The position numbers and the translations under genes were made by a program. Below the pieces are notes generated by a model. The model was not told the origin of the DNA. It did not search any database and saw only the letters and a program-made list of their open reading frames with translations. Positions 1 through 10,918 of a stretch of 64,000 bases of DNA are shown here, piece after piece; the stretch's first letter is position 1, and every line of letters begins with the position of its first letter. This stretch comes from an uncultured bacterium (GTDB taxonomy: Bacteria > Krumholzibacteriota > Krumholzibacteriia > LZORAL124-64-63), in the NCBI GenBank assembly GCA_963727525.1, contig CAVSGO010000006.1, positions 1-64,000 of the forward strand, written 5' to 3'.

Positions 1-143
1 TTCGAGCCTGCCGCACGCAACAGCTCACGAGTCGTGAGATTTGCCCTGTCTCCGCGCACCGGTGATTTCGGGACCGTACCGCGCGTTGTTCGAGTGAGCA
101 GCGCCACGGCACGCACGACGTAGCGACGCGAAGGAGCTTGCTC

Positions 144-734
144 ATGGTACGAATAGTACTCGTGTTGGGGATGACCGCCCTCGTGGCTTCGGTCGCGTGG
201 GCCGACACTATCTCCATACCTCTGCCGCAGCTAGTCGGCCCGTACCAAGCGATTGAGGACCTTCCGCCCGGCAGCGGGCCGGTCGAGATGTTCACCACCC
301 TCGTCCTGCCACCCGAGGTAACGGTCATCGACAACTTGCGACTGGTGGTTTCCGGCGTTTGGCATGCGGGCGTCCAGTGGTGCTCGGGCGTCCAGGGTCC
401 GGAACCCAGCCCGTTCCAGCCAGGCCTGGCGATGTTCCTGGACCTTGGCGGCGCTCCCTTCCAATACTTCAGCGCCAGCGTTCTTCCACCCGATGGTGAG
501 TTCACAAACCTCGCCGACGAATTTCGCTCGTGTTGCCCGCCGGGTGCGCTTGCCTTCGACGAGCTGCTCGGAGTTCCCATCACCGTCCATTTCTTTGTCG
601 ACTGGGCGATCCTCGGCATCTGCTGGGTCGAGACGGACACATATGGCGAGCTCACCGACGTCCGGCTCGAGATCACCGGAACGGTACCGGTCGAGCCAAC
701 AGCGTGGGGTAGCATCAAGTCGCTCTGGAGGTAG
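144..734 (+). CDS. Secreted hypothetical protein with C-terminal 'PVEPTAWGSIKSLWR' motif
   Basis: AAGGAG RBS at 131-136 before ATG 144; signal-peptide-like N-terminus (IVLVLGMTALVASVAWA); terminal WGSxKSL motif shared with 37803-38522. Confidence 0.8.
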   Translation: MVRIVLVLGMTALVASVAWADTISIPLPQLVGPYQAIEDLPPGSGPVEMFTTLVLPPEVTVIDNLRLVVSGVWHAGVQWCSGVQGPEPSPFQPGLAMFLDLGGAPFQYFSASVLPPDGEFTNLADEFRSCCPPGALAFDELLGVPITVHFFVDWAILGICWVETDTYGELTDVRLEITGTVPVEPTAWGSIKSLWR

Positions 735-889
735 AGAAATCAGGATCGTATCGATGCAAAGCCGCATCTGGTCCAGCGCGGCGGCGACGACCAAAAGGTC
801 TTGCCGATGCAGTTACGGACGTGCAGTGGTGTCTGACCCGAGTAAGCCTTCGGTCACGTAATCGTGTGAGTACAAATAGGCGGTTTCCC

Positions 890-1513
890 ATGCGTTGCTT
901 CACCGTCATACTCGTCGTAATCTCGACAGTCGCCGTCGTGACGCCAGCCACTGCTCAGTGGGATAACTCGTTGTTTTGGAGCTGGCTCGCAGAAGTCGAC
1001 GGCTCGCTCTTGGTTTGTCCTTGCGGTGACGGATACAACCTGTACGAGGTGTACGATCAATGGGGACACCAAGTCGTCGGTACCCTCTATCTCCAACTCA
1101 TAGATTCTTTCGGCGAACCTGTCCCCAACTTCCCCGCCGAAGACATCTGGCTTGGTAGCAGCCAAGGCCATCTCGCTTTCAACCACCCCGGGACCTGCCC
1201 CGACCAGGACACAGATTTCGAAGGTACCACCTATTGGACAAGTCCGTTAGCCGCCGGCGGGTACCGCCGCGATACAGAGATCATACAGGTATTCGTATCG
1301 GGCGATCTGCTGAACGTGCCGCCGGTCCTTGAATTCCATTTCAACAGCCCAGACATCAATGGGGACCTCCGAGTCGACTTGGCTGACGTGACCCTCTTCG
1401 CCACCGATTACACTGGAGGCTATAATTACCGCTCAGACTTCGTCTGGGACAGCGAACTGAACTTGGCAGACCTCACGGAATTCGCTCGGCACCTTGGCCA
1501 CAGTTGTCCCTGA
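890..1513 (+). CDS. Secreted protein with C-terminal dockerin/EF-hand-like duplicated motif
   Basis: Signal peptide MRCFTVILVVISTVAVVTPATA; C-terminal DINGDLRVDLADV...DFVWDSELNLADL repeats. Confidence 0.7.
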   Translation: MRCFTVILVVISTVAVVTPATAQWDNSLFWSWLAEVDGSLLVCPCGDGYNLYEVYDQWGHQVVGTLYLQLIDSFGEPVPNFPAEDIWLGSSQGHLAFNHPGTCPDQDTDFEGTTYWTSPLAAGGYRRDTEIIQVFVSGDLLNVPPVLEFHFNSPDINGDLRVDLADVTLFATDYTGGYNYRSDFVWDSELNLADLTEFARHLGHSCP

Positions 1514-2040
1514 GATCGCTGCGACCCAATGCAGTCGGTTTGTAGGGACATTTGCCGGTTGGTGGCTCCCGCGGGGGTGGAGAGCAAGAAGCTACAGCTG
1601 ATCCAGTGACGCCAGGCCGTATCGGGCGACGAGGAAGATGGTGCTGACTAGGTGAGTTGCCCTTGGAATGGATACCCGTCCGGGGCGGAGACGGGAAGGA
1701 TAGTAGTAGTCAGATAGTCGGCTCGGTGCAGGTAGTTCGTTGAAAGTGAATGGAAGACGGGGCCAATCGATGAGCACTCAACAGGATCTGGAACGCATGA
1801 AGTCGGCCTGGGAACGGCTTGGCGTTGATCGGCAGTTTCCCCGTGTACACCACTTCGTGTCCGATAGGTTTTCGTCCCGAGCGTGTGGCTTGCGCCACTT
1901 CTACAACTGGTGTAGCTGCCGAGAAATTAGGGAAGAGAAGCGGCAGACTTTGAAGGCTCTCCTGGCATGATTGTGGGTGAATTCACCCCTGCCGGCGCCG
2001 TTTAACTCCAACTATATCATAGAAATACGCACGGATCCAT

Positions 2041-2740
2041 GGCTCTATGGAGTTGCTCAACTTCTAAGCCAAGGAGGGACCCGTGCGCCTGACTACCGTA
2101 CTGAAGAAACTCATCGCCGTCACGTCCATCTTCGCCACCGGTGCCGCGTTCGTCGACGGGGGGATCGTCGTCGATGTCCGGCCGACCTGGCGCCGGCCGC
2201 GCTGCGGTCTGTGCCAGCGTCCGTGCTCTGGATACGACACCCACCCACCGCGCCTCTGGCGCCACCTCTCGCTGGTCAGCGTCCGGATCTGGCTGCGCTA
2301 CGCGCCCCGGCGGGCCTGTTGTACCCGCTGTAACGCGGTCCGGGTTGAGCACCTGCCCTGGGCCCAGCCAAACTCCGGCTTCACGGTGGTGTTCGAGGAG
2401 CTCTGCGCCTACCTCGCCCAGATCACCGATCGGACCTCGGTCACCAAACTGCTGGGCATCGACTGGCGGACAGTCGGCGCCATTGTCGGGCGGGTCGTCG
2501 AGCGCAAACTCGACCCTCATCGGCTCGAGGGGCTGCGCCGCATCGGTGTCGACGAGTTCAGTTACCGCAAGCGGCACCGCTACCTCACCATCGTCGTGGA
2601 TCACGACAGCCGCCGCGTGGTCTGGACTGGCGAGGGCAAGGGCGCGGCGGCCCTGACGCGATTCTTTGCCGAGATCGGCCCAGAAGCATGTCAGAAGCTC
2701 GAAACCGTGACCATGGACATGTCCGCCGGCTACCGAGCCA
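2041..2740 (+). mobile_element. Truncated ISL3-family insertion sequence (left end plus 5' part of transposase)
   Basis: Starts with GGCTCT, the typical ISL3 terminus; AGGAGG RBS; no matching right end seen. Confidence 0.75.
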
Positions 2741-2928
2741 TCAGTTTTGAGGATTCTTGCGGGTGGTTTTCGGCGATTAGCCGTTTTGGGTCCGCCAGTA
2801 TCGTGAGCAAGTCGAACACACCGGCAAATCTCGCCACGAGGCGCGGCCTCGCCCGCGCTATGGGACCCGGCAGTGATATTGCGTTCATGCTCGTCTCTCC
2901 TTGCGCGAATGGCCGTGGCCAGGTCTAG
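2083..2928 (+). pseudogene. ISL3 transposase, C-terminally truncated (recognisable to ~2740, then read-through into unrelated sequence)
   Basis: Zn-finger (CGLC...CTRC), R-WRHL, HLPWA, IGVDEFSYRKRHRYLTIVVD and VTMDMSAGY motifs; the later catalytic region and C-terminal xGF motif are missing. Confidence 0.85.
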
Positions 2929-3632
2929 CTCGACAAGGGCTCGGGAATTTCCGTAAGCGGCTCGCGTACACCCACGATCAGCAACCACAGCATCAACGCC
3001 GCCTCTCCAAAGAGGACGGGGGTGGCGAACGTGGCGACTGTTTTGGCGTGATGCGGCCAGAGGATTCCGGTCGCGCTGATCACCAGATAGGCAAGGCCGT
3101 TGGCGAAAAGCCATAATCCCAGGAATCGCGGCAGGAAACGAGAACGATGGACCAACACCCCGAGCGGAAGGAGCCAGAGCCCCCAGAAGACCTCGGATAC
3201 GTACGCGCCGAGGCCGTCAAAGTTGATCAGCAGCGTGGCCAAGACGTCGCGTTGCGGCCCCTCGAACGCCGACAGGAATCCGGAGCCGCGTAGGTACGTG
3301 AGGGTGGCGACTTCGTTCGCCGTTCCCAGGAGCGCCAGCGGCGCTTCGACCAGGACTACGATCACCATGAGGGCCGCGAGTTCAGTGCCGACCCCGTTTA
3401 GCAGGCGATAGAGTACCAAGACGACTGCGATAAACAGTAGCTCCGAAACCAGGCCGATCACGATGTGGGCCCGGAACAGCGACTGGTGGGCCAGGATGTT
3501 GCTTGCCGTCGCAGTCGCATCCCCGGATACGAACAGCTTGCCGGGCACGTAGATGAGGAGGAACGGACCGGAGAGTACGACCAACAGGTATAACAAGCCC
3601 GCGACCCGCGCCGTCTTCTTGAGTGGATGCAT
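2925..3632 (-). CDS. DUF4386-like multi-pass membrane protein
   Basis: KKTARVAGLLYL...DATATASNILAH...VFWGLWLLPLGVLV.RSRFLPRFLG...GE pattern; AAGGAGG RBS before MHPLKK. Confidence 0.8.
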   Translation of the reverse strand: MHPLKKTARVAGLLYLLVVLSGPFLLIYVPGKLFVSGDATATASNILAHQSLFRAHIVIGLVSELLFIAVVLVLYRLLNGVGTELAALMVIVVLVEAPLALLGTANEVATLTYLRGSGFLSAFEGPQRDVLATLLINFDGLGAYVSEVFWGLWLLPLGVLVHRSRFLPRFLGLWLFANGLAYLVISATGILWPHHAKTVATFATPVLFGEAALMLWLLIVGVREPLTEIPEPLSS

Positions 3633-3938
3633 TGCCTTGTCCTCCTTGGTCGGCGCCGACAACTCGCAGATCGAAGGGCCGATTCCCTGCTCCGGGGTAT
3701 GCCCAGGCGCGCAATACGTCGCTTGTGGGACGATTGCATAGGCGGGATCTACGTCCTAGACCATTCTTGGTTGCTGTACTTCAAAACTCAATCTGCCACG
3801 GGGGCGCTCGCTGGTATCGCGATCAATTCGAGACCATCGCCGGGAGTGCAGCCGGCTTTCACCCGCGCTATTCTGATCGGGACGCCGACCGACGAACCCC
3901 AGGGGTGCTTTCAGGCGACTAACGCGGGACCGGGTACC

Positions 3939-5633
3939 ATGATCATTCGTACGCGAGCTTGCCGTCCGGCTGCCGTCTTGTTCCTCATGGGAGTGATTGC
4001 GACGGCTGCGAGCGGCGCCTCCTCGCCGCCTGGCCTTGCCGAGGCCGGGGCGTGCCTGCAATCTGGCGACAATGCCGGGGCCGTCACGATCCTCCGGGAT
4101 GTGACGGCGCGTGAGCCCGACAATGCCCGGGCCTGGCGCATGCTGGGCTATGTCTGCATCCAGACCGATGCCCTGAACGACGCGATCACCGCATATGAGA
4201 AGCTGCTGACGCTCGCACCGGAGACGCCGCAGGCATTCTGGAATCTCGGACTGATCTACGCGCGCAAGCACGATGCCGATCGCGCGCTCACGTGGCTCGG
4301 CCGCGCCAAGGCGACGGCCAAGCTCGACATGTCGGCCCTGGCGACCGACACGACGTTCGCCAGTATGCGCGACGATCCCCGTTTTCAGGCTCTGTTACCC
4401 AGGCCGGAGGACTTCGCCGATCCCTTCGTCGAGGACGTGACGATCCTTCATGAGTGGGACGGCGAGGCGGCGAACGATCAGTTCGGCTGGATCGCGCGCA
4501 ATGTCGGCGATGTCGATGGCGATGGCGTCGCCGATGTCGTGACCTCGGCGCCGACCCATGCGACGGGCGGAAAGGATGCCGGCCGTGTCTACGTCTTCTC
4601 GACCCGTAGCGGCGCACTCGTGTGGCAGGCCGACGGCGAGGCCGGTGATCGGCTGGGCACGGGCCTGGAGGCCGCGGGGGATACCGACGGCGACGGCACC
4701 TGCGACGTCATCGCCGGCGCACCCGGGGGTGGCTCGGCCACCGTCTTCTCTGGCCGCGACGGCCGCGTGCTGCTGCGGCTGCCGGCCGAGGCGAAGGACG
4801 ACGCCTTCGGTCGCCACACCGACGGCACCGGCGATGTCGATGGTGATGGTCATGCCGATGTGATCATCGGCGCCCCTGGCAACGACGCCGGCGGTGAGGA
4901 CGCAGGGCGCGCCTATCTCTACAGCGGTGCCGATGGACACCTTCTCATGACGTGGACCGGCGAGCGGGCCGGCGACGGCTTTGGCAGCACGGTCGCCGGT
5001 GCGAGCGACGGTGAGCACACCTTCCTGGTGGTCGGGGCGCCCAAGGCTGGTCCGAATCGGACCGGGCGCGTCTCCGTGTATGATGACCTGTCGGCGCAGC
5101 CCCGCTTCACGATCGAATCCGACGAGACGGGCCAGGGCCTCGGACTCATGTTCGTCTCGGTACCTGGCGACGTCGATGGCGACGGCGTCCCCGACATCTA
5201 CGCCTCGGACTGGGGGAATGCGGCGAAGGGCCCCTCGACCGGCCGCGTGTACGTGTACTCCGGACGGGATGGGCGTCCCTTGCTCACCCTGACCGGTGAG
5301 ACCGCCGGCGAGGGTTTCGGGACTTGCCCGGCGGTGGCCGGCGACGTCGATGGCGATGGACACGCCGATCTCATCGTCGGAGCGTGGCAGTACGCCGGCG
5401 GCGCGGTCAGCGGCGGTCGCGCCTATCTCTACAGTGGCGCCGATGCCTCGCTCGTACGGACGTACACCTGCCGCACGCCCGGCGACACATTCGGCTTCGA
5501 CGCGGTCGGTCTCGGCGATGTCGATGGCGACGGCACCATCGACTTCCTGATCACCTCCGGCTGGAGCGGCGTGCACGGCTTCCACTCGGGACGCGTGTTC
5601 GTGATCTCGAGCGGGGTGAAAGCCAAGACATAG
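3939..5633 (+). CDS. Secreted TPR plus FG-GAP (integrin-alpha-like beta-propeller) repeat protein
   Basis: Signal peptide, N-terminal TPR helices, about six GDVDGDG.D...GAP...GRxYxYSG repeats; start chosen at MIIRTR. Confidence 0.85.
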   Translation: MIIRTRACRPAAVLFLMGVIATAASGASSPPGLAEAGACLQSGDNAGAVTILRDVTAREPDNARAWRMLGYVCIQTDALNDAITAYEKLLTLAPETPQAFWNLGLIYARKHDADRALTWLGRAKATAKLDMSALATDTTFASMRDDPRFQALLPRPEDFADPFVEDVTILHEWDGEAANDQFGWIARNVGDVDGDGVADVVTSAPTHATGGKDAGRVYVFSTRSGALVWQADGEAGDRLGTGLEAAGDTDGDGTCDVIAGAPGGGSATVFSGRDGRVLLRLPAEAKDDAFGRHTDGTGDVDGDGHADVIIGAPGNDAGGEDAGRAYLYSGADGHLLMTWTGERAGDGFGSTVAGASDGEHTFLVVGAPKAGPNRTGRVSVYDDLSAQPRFTIESDETGQGLGLMFVSVPGDVDGDGVPDIYASDWGNAAKGPSTGRVYVYSGRDGRPLLTLTGETAGEGFGTCPAVAGDVDGDGHADLIVGAWQYAGGAVSGGRAYLYSGADASLVRTYTCRTPGDTFGFDAVGLGDVDGDGTIDFLITSGWSGVHGFHSGRVFVISSGVKAKT

Positions 5634-5885
5634 AGATGCGTGTCTGCAGGCTGTCGCTTCTGACGAGCCGTCGGCGTGACCGGGGGATGATGACTGGCGA
5701 CGCACTCCTGCCCATCGGGACCAGCAGTTCGTACGCACGCCGGGCACTGGAACCGGCTGCTGGGATCGGCGTGGATCGCGCGAAGTAGCCCTCTGGGCCG
5801 AATTCGCGTGCGTTCGGGGCGAAATACGGCTAAAATTGAATGATATTGATATGTCGCGTTCTCGACTGCAACCTGGGCCGCGTTC

Positions 5886-6761
5886 ATGAATCTCCTTGCC
5901 AAGGTGAACCTCATTCTCGTGCTCGTCTTCGTGTTCGCGCTGGTGCCGGCGGCGTTGATCTCGCGGCATCTGCTGGTCACGAACGCCGAGAGCCAGGTGA
6001 TCCGGAATGCGCGGATCATGATGGAGACGGCGCTGGCCATGCGGGGGTACACGGTCGATCAGGTGCGGCCGTTGCTCGCTCCGCTCATGGCGGATAAGTT
6101 CCTGCCGCAATCGGTGCCGGCGTTCGCGGCCACCGAGATCTTCAACAAGCTGCGGGCCGACTATCCGGAGTACACGTACAAGGAGGCCACGCTCAATCCC
6201 ACCAATCCGCGCAACCGGGCCGTCGACTGGGAGACGGATCTCGTCAACGAGTTCCGGCGCGACGACAAGCGGCGCGAGATCGTGGGCAGCCGCGACACGC
6301 CGCTGGGGCGGTCGTTCTATCTGAGCAAGCCGATCCGCGTGACGAATCAGGATTGCCTCGCGTGCCATACCCGGCCTGAGGAGGCGCCGGCCTCCATGGT
6401 GGCGATCTATGGGAACGAGGGCGGGTATGGGTGGAAGATGAACGAGGTGGTCGGTGCGCAGATCGTGCAGGTGCCGATGTCCGAGCCTGTGGGGCGGGCC
6501 GAGACGGCGTTTCGGCATCTTCTGATCGTCCTTGTCGCCGCCTTCGGGTTCACGCTGGTGGCGCTGAATATCCTGCTGACGTTGGTGGTGATCAGACCCG
6601 TCCGTCGCCTGGCCGCGCTGGCCGACCGCGTGAGCCGGGGCGACGTGGACGTACCCGACGTCGAGGTGAGGGGGCGCGACGAGGTCGCGGTCCTGGCCGG
6701 CTCGTTCCACCGCATGCGGATCAGCCTGGCCAAAGCAATGGCCATGCTCGAGGACGATTGA
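5886..6761 (+). CDS. Membrane sensor: periplasmic c-type heme domain (DUF3365/Tll0287-like) plus HAMP, no output domain
   Basis: Two TM segments, LNPTNPRN, heme motif CLACH, HAMP (IRPVRRLAALADRVSRGD...DEVAVLAGSFHRM), stops right after the HAMP. Confidence 0.85.
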   Translation: MNLLAKVNLILVLVFVFALVPAALISRHLLVTNAESQVIRNARIMMETALAMRGYTVDQVRPLLAPLMADKFLPQSVPAFAATEIFNKLRADYPEYTYKEATLNPTNPRNRAVDWETDLVNEFRRDDKRREIVGSRDTPLGRSFYLSKPIRVTNQDCLACHTRPEEAPASMVAIYGNEGGYGWKMNEVVGAQIVQVPMSEPVGRAETAFRHLLIVLVAAFGFTLVALNILLTLVVIRPVRRLAALADRVSRGDVDVPDVEVRGRDEVAVLAGSFHRMRISLAKAMAMLEDD

Positions 6762-6762
6762 G

Positions 6763-8148
6763 ATGACCGGCAGCGAAGAGCATGGCAGCTCGCCGTTCGA
6801 CCCCACCGTGGTCAACCCGAATCAGAACTGCTTGCCCGATCGCTACGAGGTCCTGAAGATCCTGGGCAGCGGCGGCATGGGCCGCGTGTTGCTGGCGCGC
6901 GATCGCGTGCTCGGCCGCGAGGTGGCCGTCAAGCTCCTGGTCGACCGCTTCGCCACCGACGAGACCTACGGTCAGCGGTTCCTCGCCGAGGCTCGCGTGG
7001 CCGCGAGCCTCAATCACCCCGGCATCGTGCAGATCTACGAGTTCGGGCGCACGGGAACCTGCGCGTATCTGGTCATGGAGTACGTGGACGGCTGTTCCTT
7101 GCGCGCCATGATTTCCGAGTATGGTCCCTACGGCGAGGGGCGCGCCTGTGAACTCGCGGCGGTCGCTTGCGAGGCGCTGGGCGCGGCGCACGCGCAGGGC
7201 ATCGTCCATCGCGACGTGAAACCCGACAACATGATGTTGACGCAGAGCGGCCAGTTCAAACTGGTCGATCTGGGGCTCGCCAAGTGCCTGCGCAGCGACA
7301 GCTCGCTCACGCAGAGCGGGCTTTCCATCGGTACGCCCCACTTCATCTCGCCGGAGCAGGTTCTCGGCGCTCGCGACATCGATCATCGTACCGACATCTA
7401 CTCCCTCGGTGCATCGTTGTACTGCCTGGCGACGGGCCAGGTGCCTTTCGGCGGTTCGAGCAGCGCGCATGTCATGGCGCGGCATCTCAACGATCCCGTG
7501 CCCGATCCGCGCCAGCACGCGCCGGACCTCAGCGACGCGTTCTGCGGCGTGGTGTACCGGGCCATGGCCAAGGATCCGGCGGCACGCTACCAGGACACGG
7601 CGGCGTTGCAGGCGGAGCTGATGGACGTCTGCGGGGCCGCGGCCGGGACCCCCGATCACGTGCCCGAGAGCGCCCGCGGTCCTGGGGCCTGCGACCCGGC
7701 GGACATGCCCGCGATCGAGAGCGCGCTCGCCCACGCCATCGGGCCGCTGGCCAGGGTGCTGGTCGAACGTGCGCGCCGCCAGGCACCGTCGCGCTCGGCG
7801 CTGCTGCACACGCTCGCGGATCACATCACCGACGAGGACGCGCGTCGGCGGTTCCTGCGCGAGTGCGGTGTGGAGGTCGGGAGCGACGTGAGCCCGCGCG
7901 TCAGCAGTTCCTCCACGCTCGTCTCCAGGCGCGCCAACGCGATCGACGCGGCCACTTTGGACACGGTCACCACCAAGCTGACCGACCAGATCGGACCCGT
8001 GGCCCGCATCGTCGTGAAGCGCGAGATCGCCGCCGGCGGCGACGCACGAGAACTCGTGCAACGGCTCGCTGCACAGATTCCGGATGCGAAGGCTCGGGGG
8101 GCATTTCTCGCGGCGGTGGCGCCGCTGGGGCTCGCCGCGGCCGAATGA
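6763..8148 (+). CDS. Hanks-type Ser/Thr protein kinase with duplicated C-terminal helical module
   Basis: LGSGGMG, VAVK, HRDVKPDN, DLG, GTPHFISPEQ; no TM segment; two IGPxARxxV...FL repeats. Confidence 0.92.
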   Translation: MTGSEEHGSSPFDPTVVNPNQNCLPDRYEVLKILGSGGMGRVLLARDRVLGREVAVKLLVDRFATDETYGQRFLAEARVAASLNHPGIVQIYEFGRTGTCAYLVMEYVDGCSLRAMISEYGPYGEGRACELAAVACEALGAAHAQGIVHRDVKPDNMMLTQSGQFKLVDLGLAKCLRSDSSLTQSGLSIGTPHFISPEQVLGARDIDHRTDIYSLGASLYCLATGQVPFGGSSSAHVMARHLNDPVPDPRQHAPDLSDAFCGVVYRAMAKDPAARYQDTAALQAELMDVCGAAAGTPDHVPESARGPGACDPADMPAIESALAHAIGPLARVLVERARRQAPSRSALLHTLADHITDEDARRRFLRECGVEVGSDVSPRVSSSSTLVSRRANAIDAATLDTVTTKLTDQIGPVARIVVKREIAAGGDARELVQRLAAQIPDAKARGAFLAAVAPLGLAAAE

Positions 8149-8185
8149 AGACCGGCAGGCGACCATTCCGAGCATCGGGGTATGA

Positions 8186-10828
<2,643 letters not shown>

Positions 10829-10918
10829 GCGACCAGTCCATTTCTCTCGGCCTGTACCGAGGACGATATCGTAATCTGATCATGCCGCGCCAACCGCAGT
10901 TTAATATATCCAAAAATC

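Noticed and set aside
745-815. GATGCAAAGCC plus small hairpins, reminiscent of a c-di-GMP-I riboswitch
   Set aside because: The upstream GGCAAA/GNRA stem and the closing P1 are absent
1559-1582. TGGTGGCTCCCGCGGGGG, whose reverse complement ends ...GCCACCA like a tRNA 3' end or att site
   Set aside because: No TTCGA T-loop or cloverleaf, and no integrase nearby
1769-1970. Short ORF MSTQQDLERMK...
   Set aside because: No recognisable motif; lies in a decayed region and may be a gene remnant, so it cannot be supported as a CDS
4500-5540. Recurrent GGCGATGTCGATGGCGA repeats
   Set aside because: They encode FG-GAP GDVDGDG motifs within a CDS
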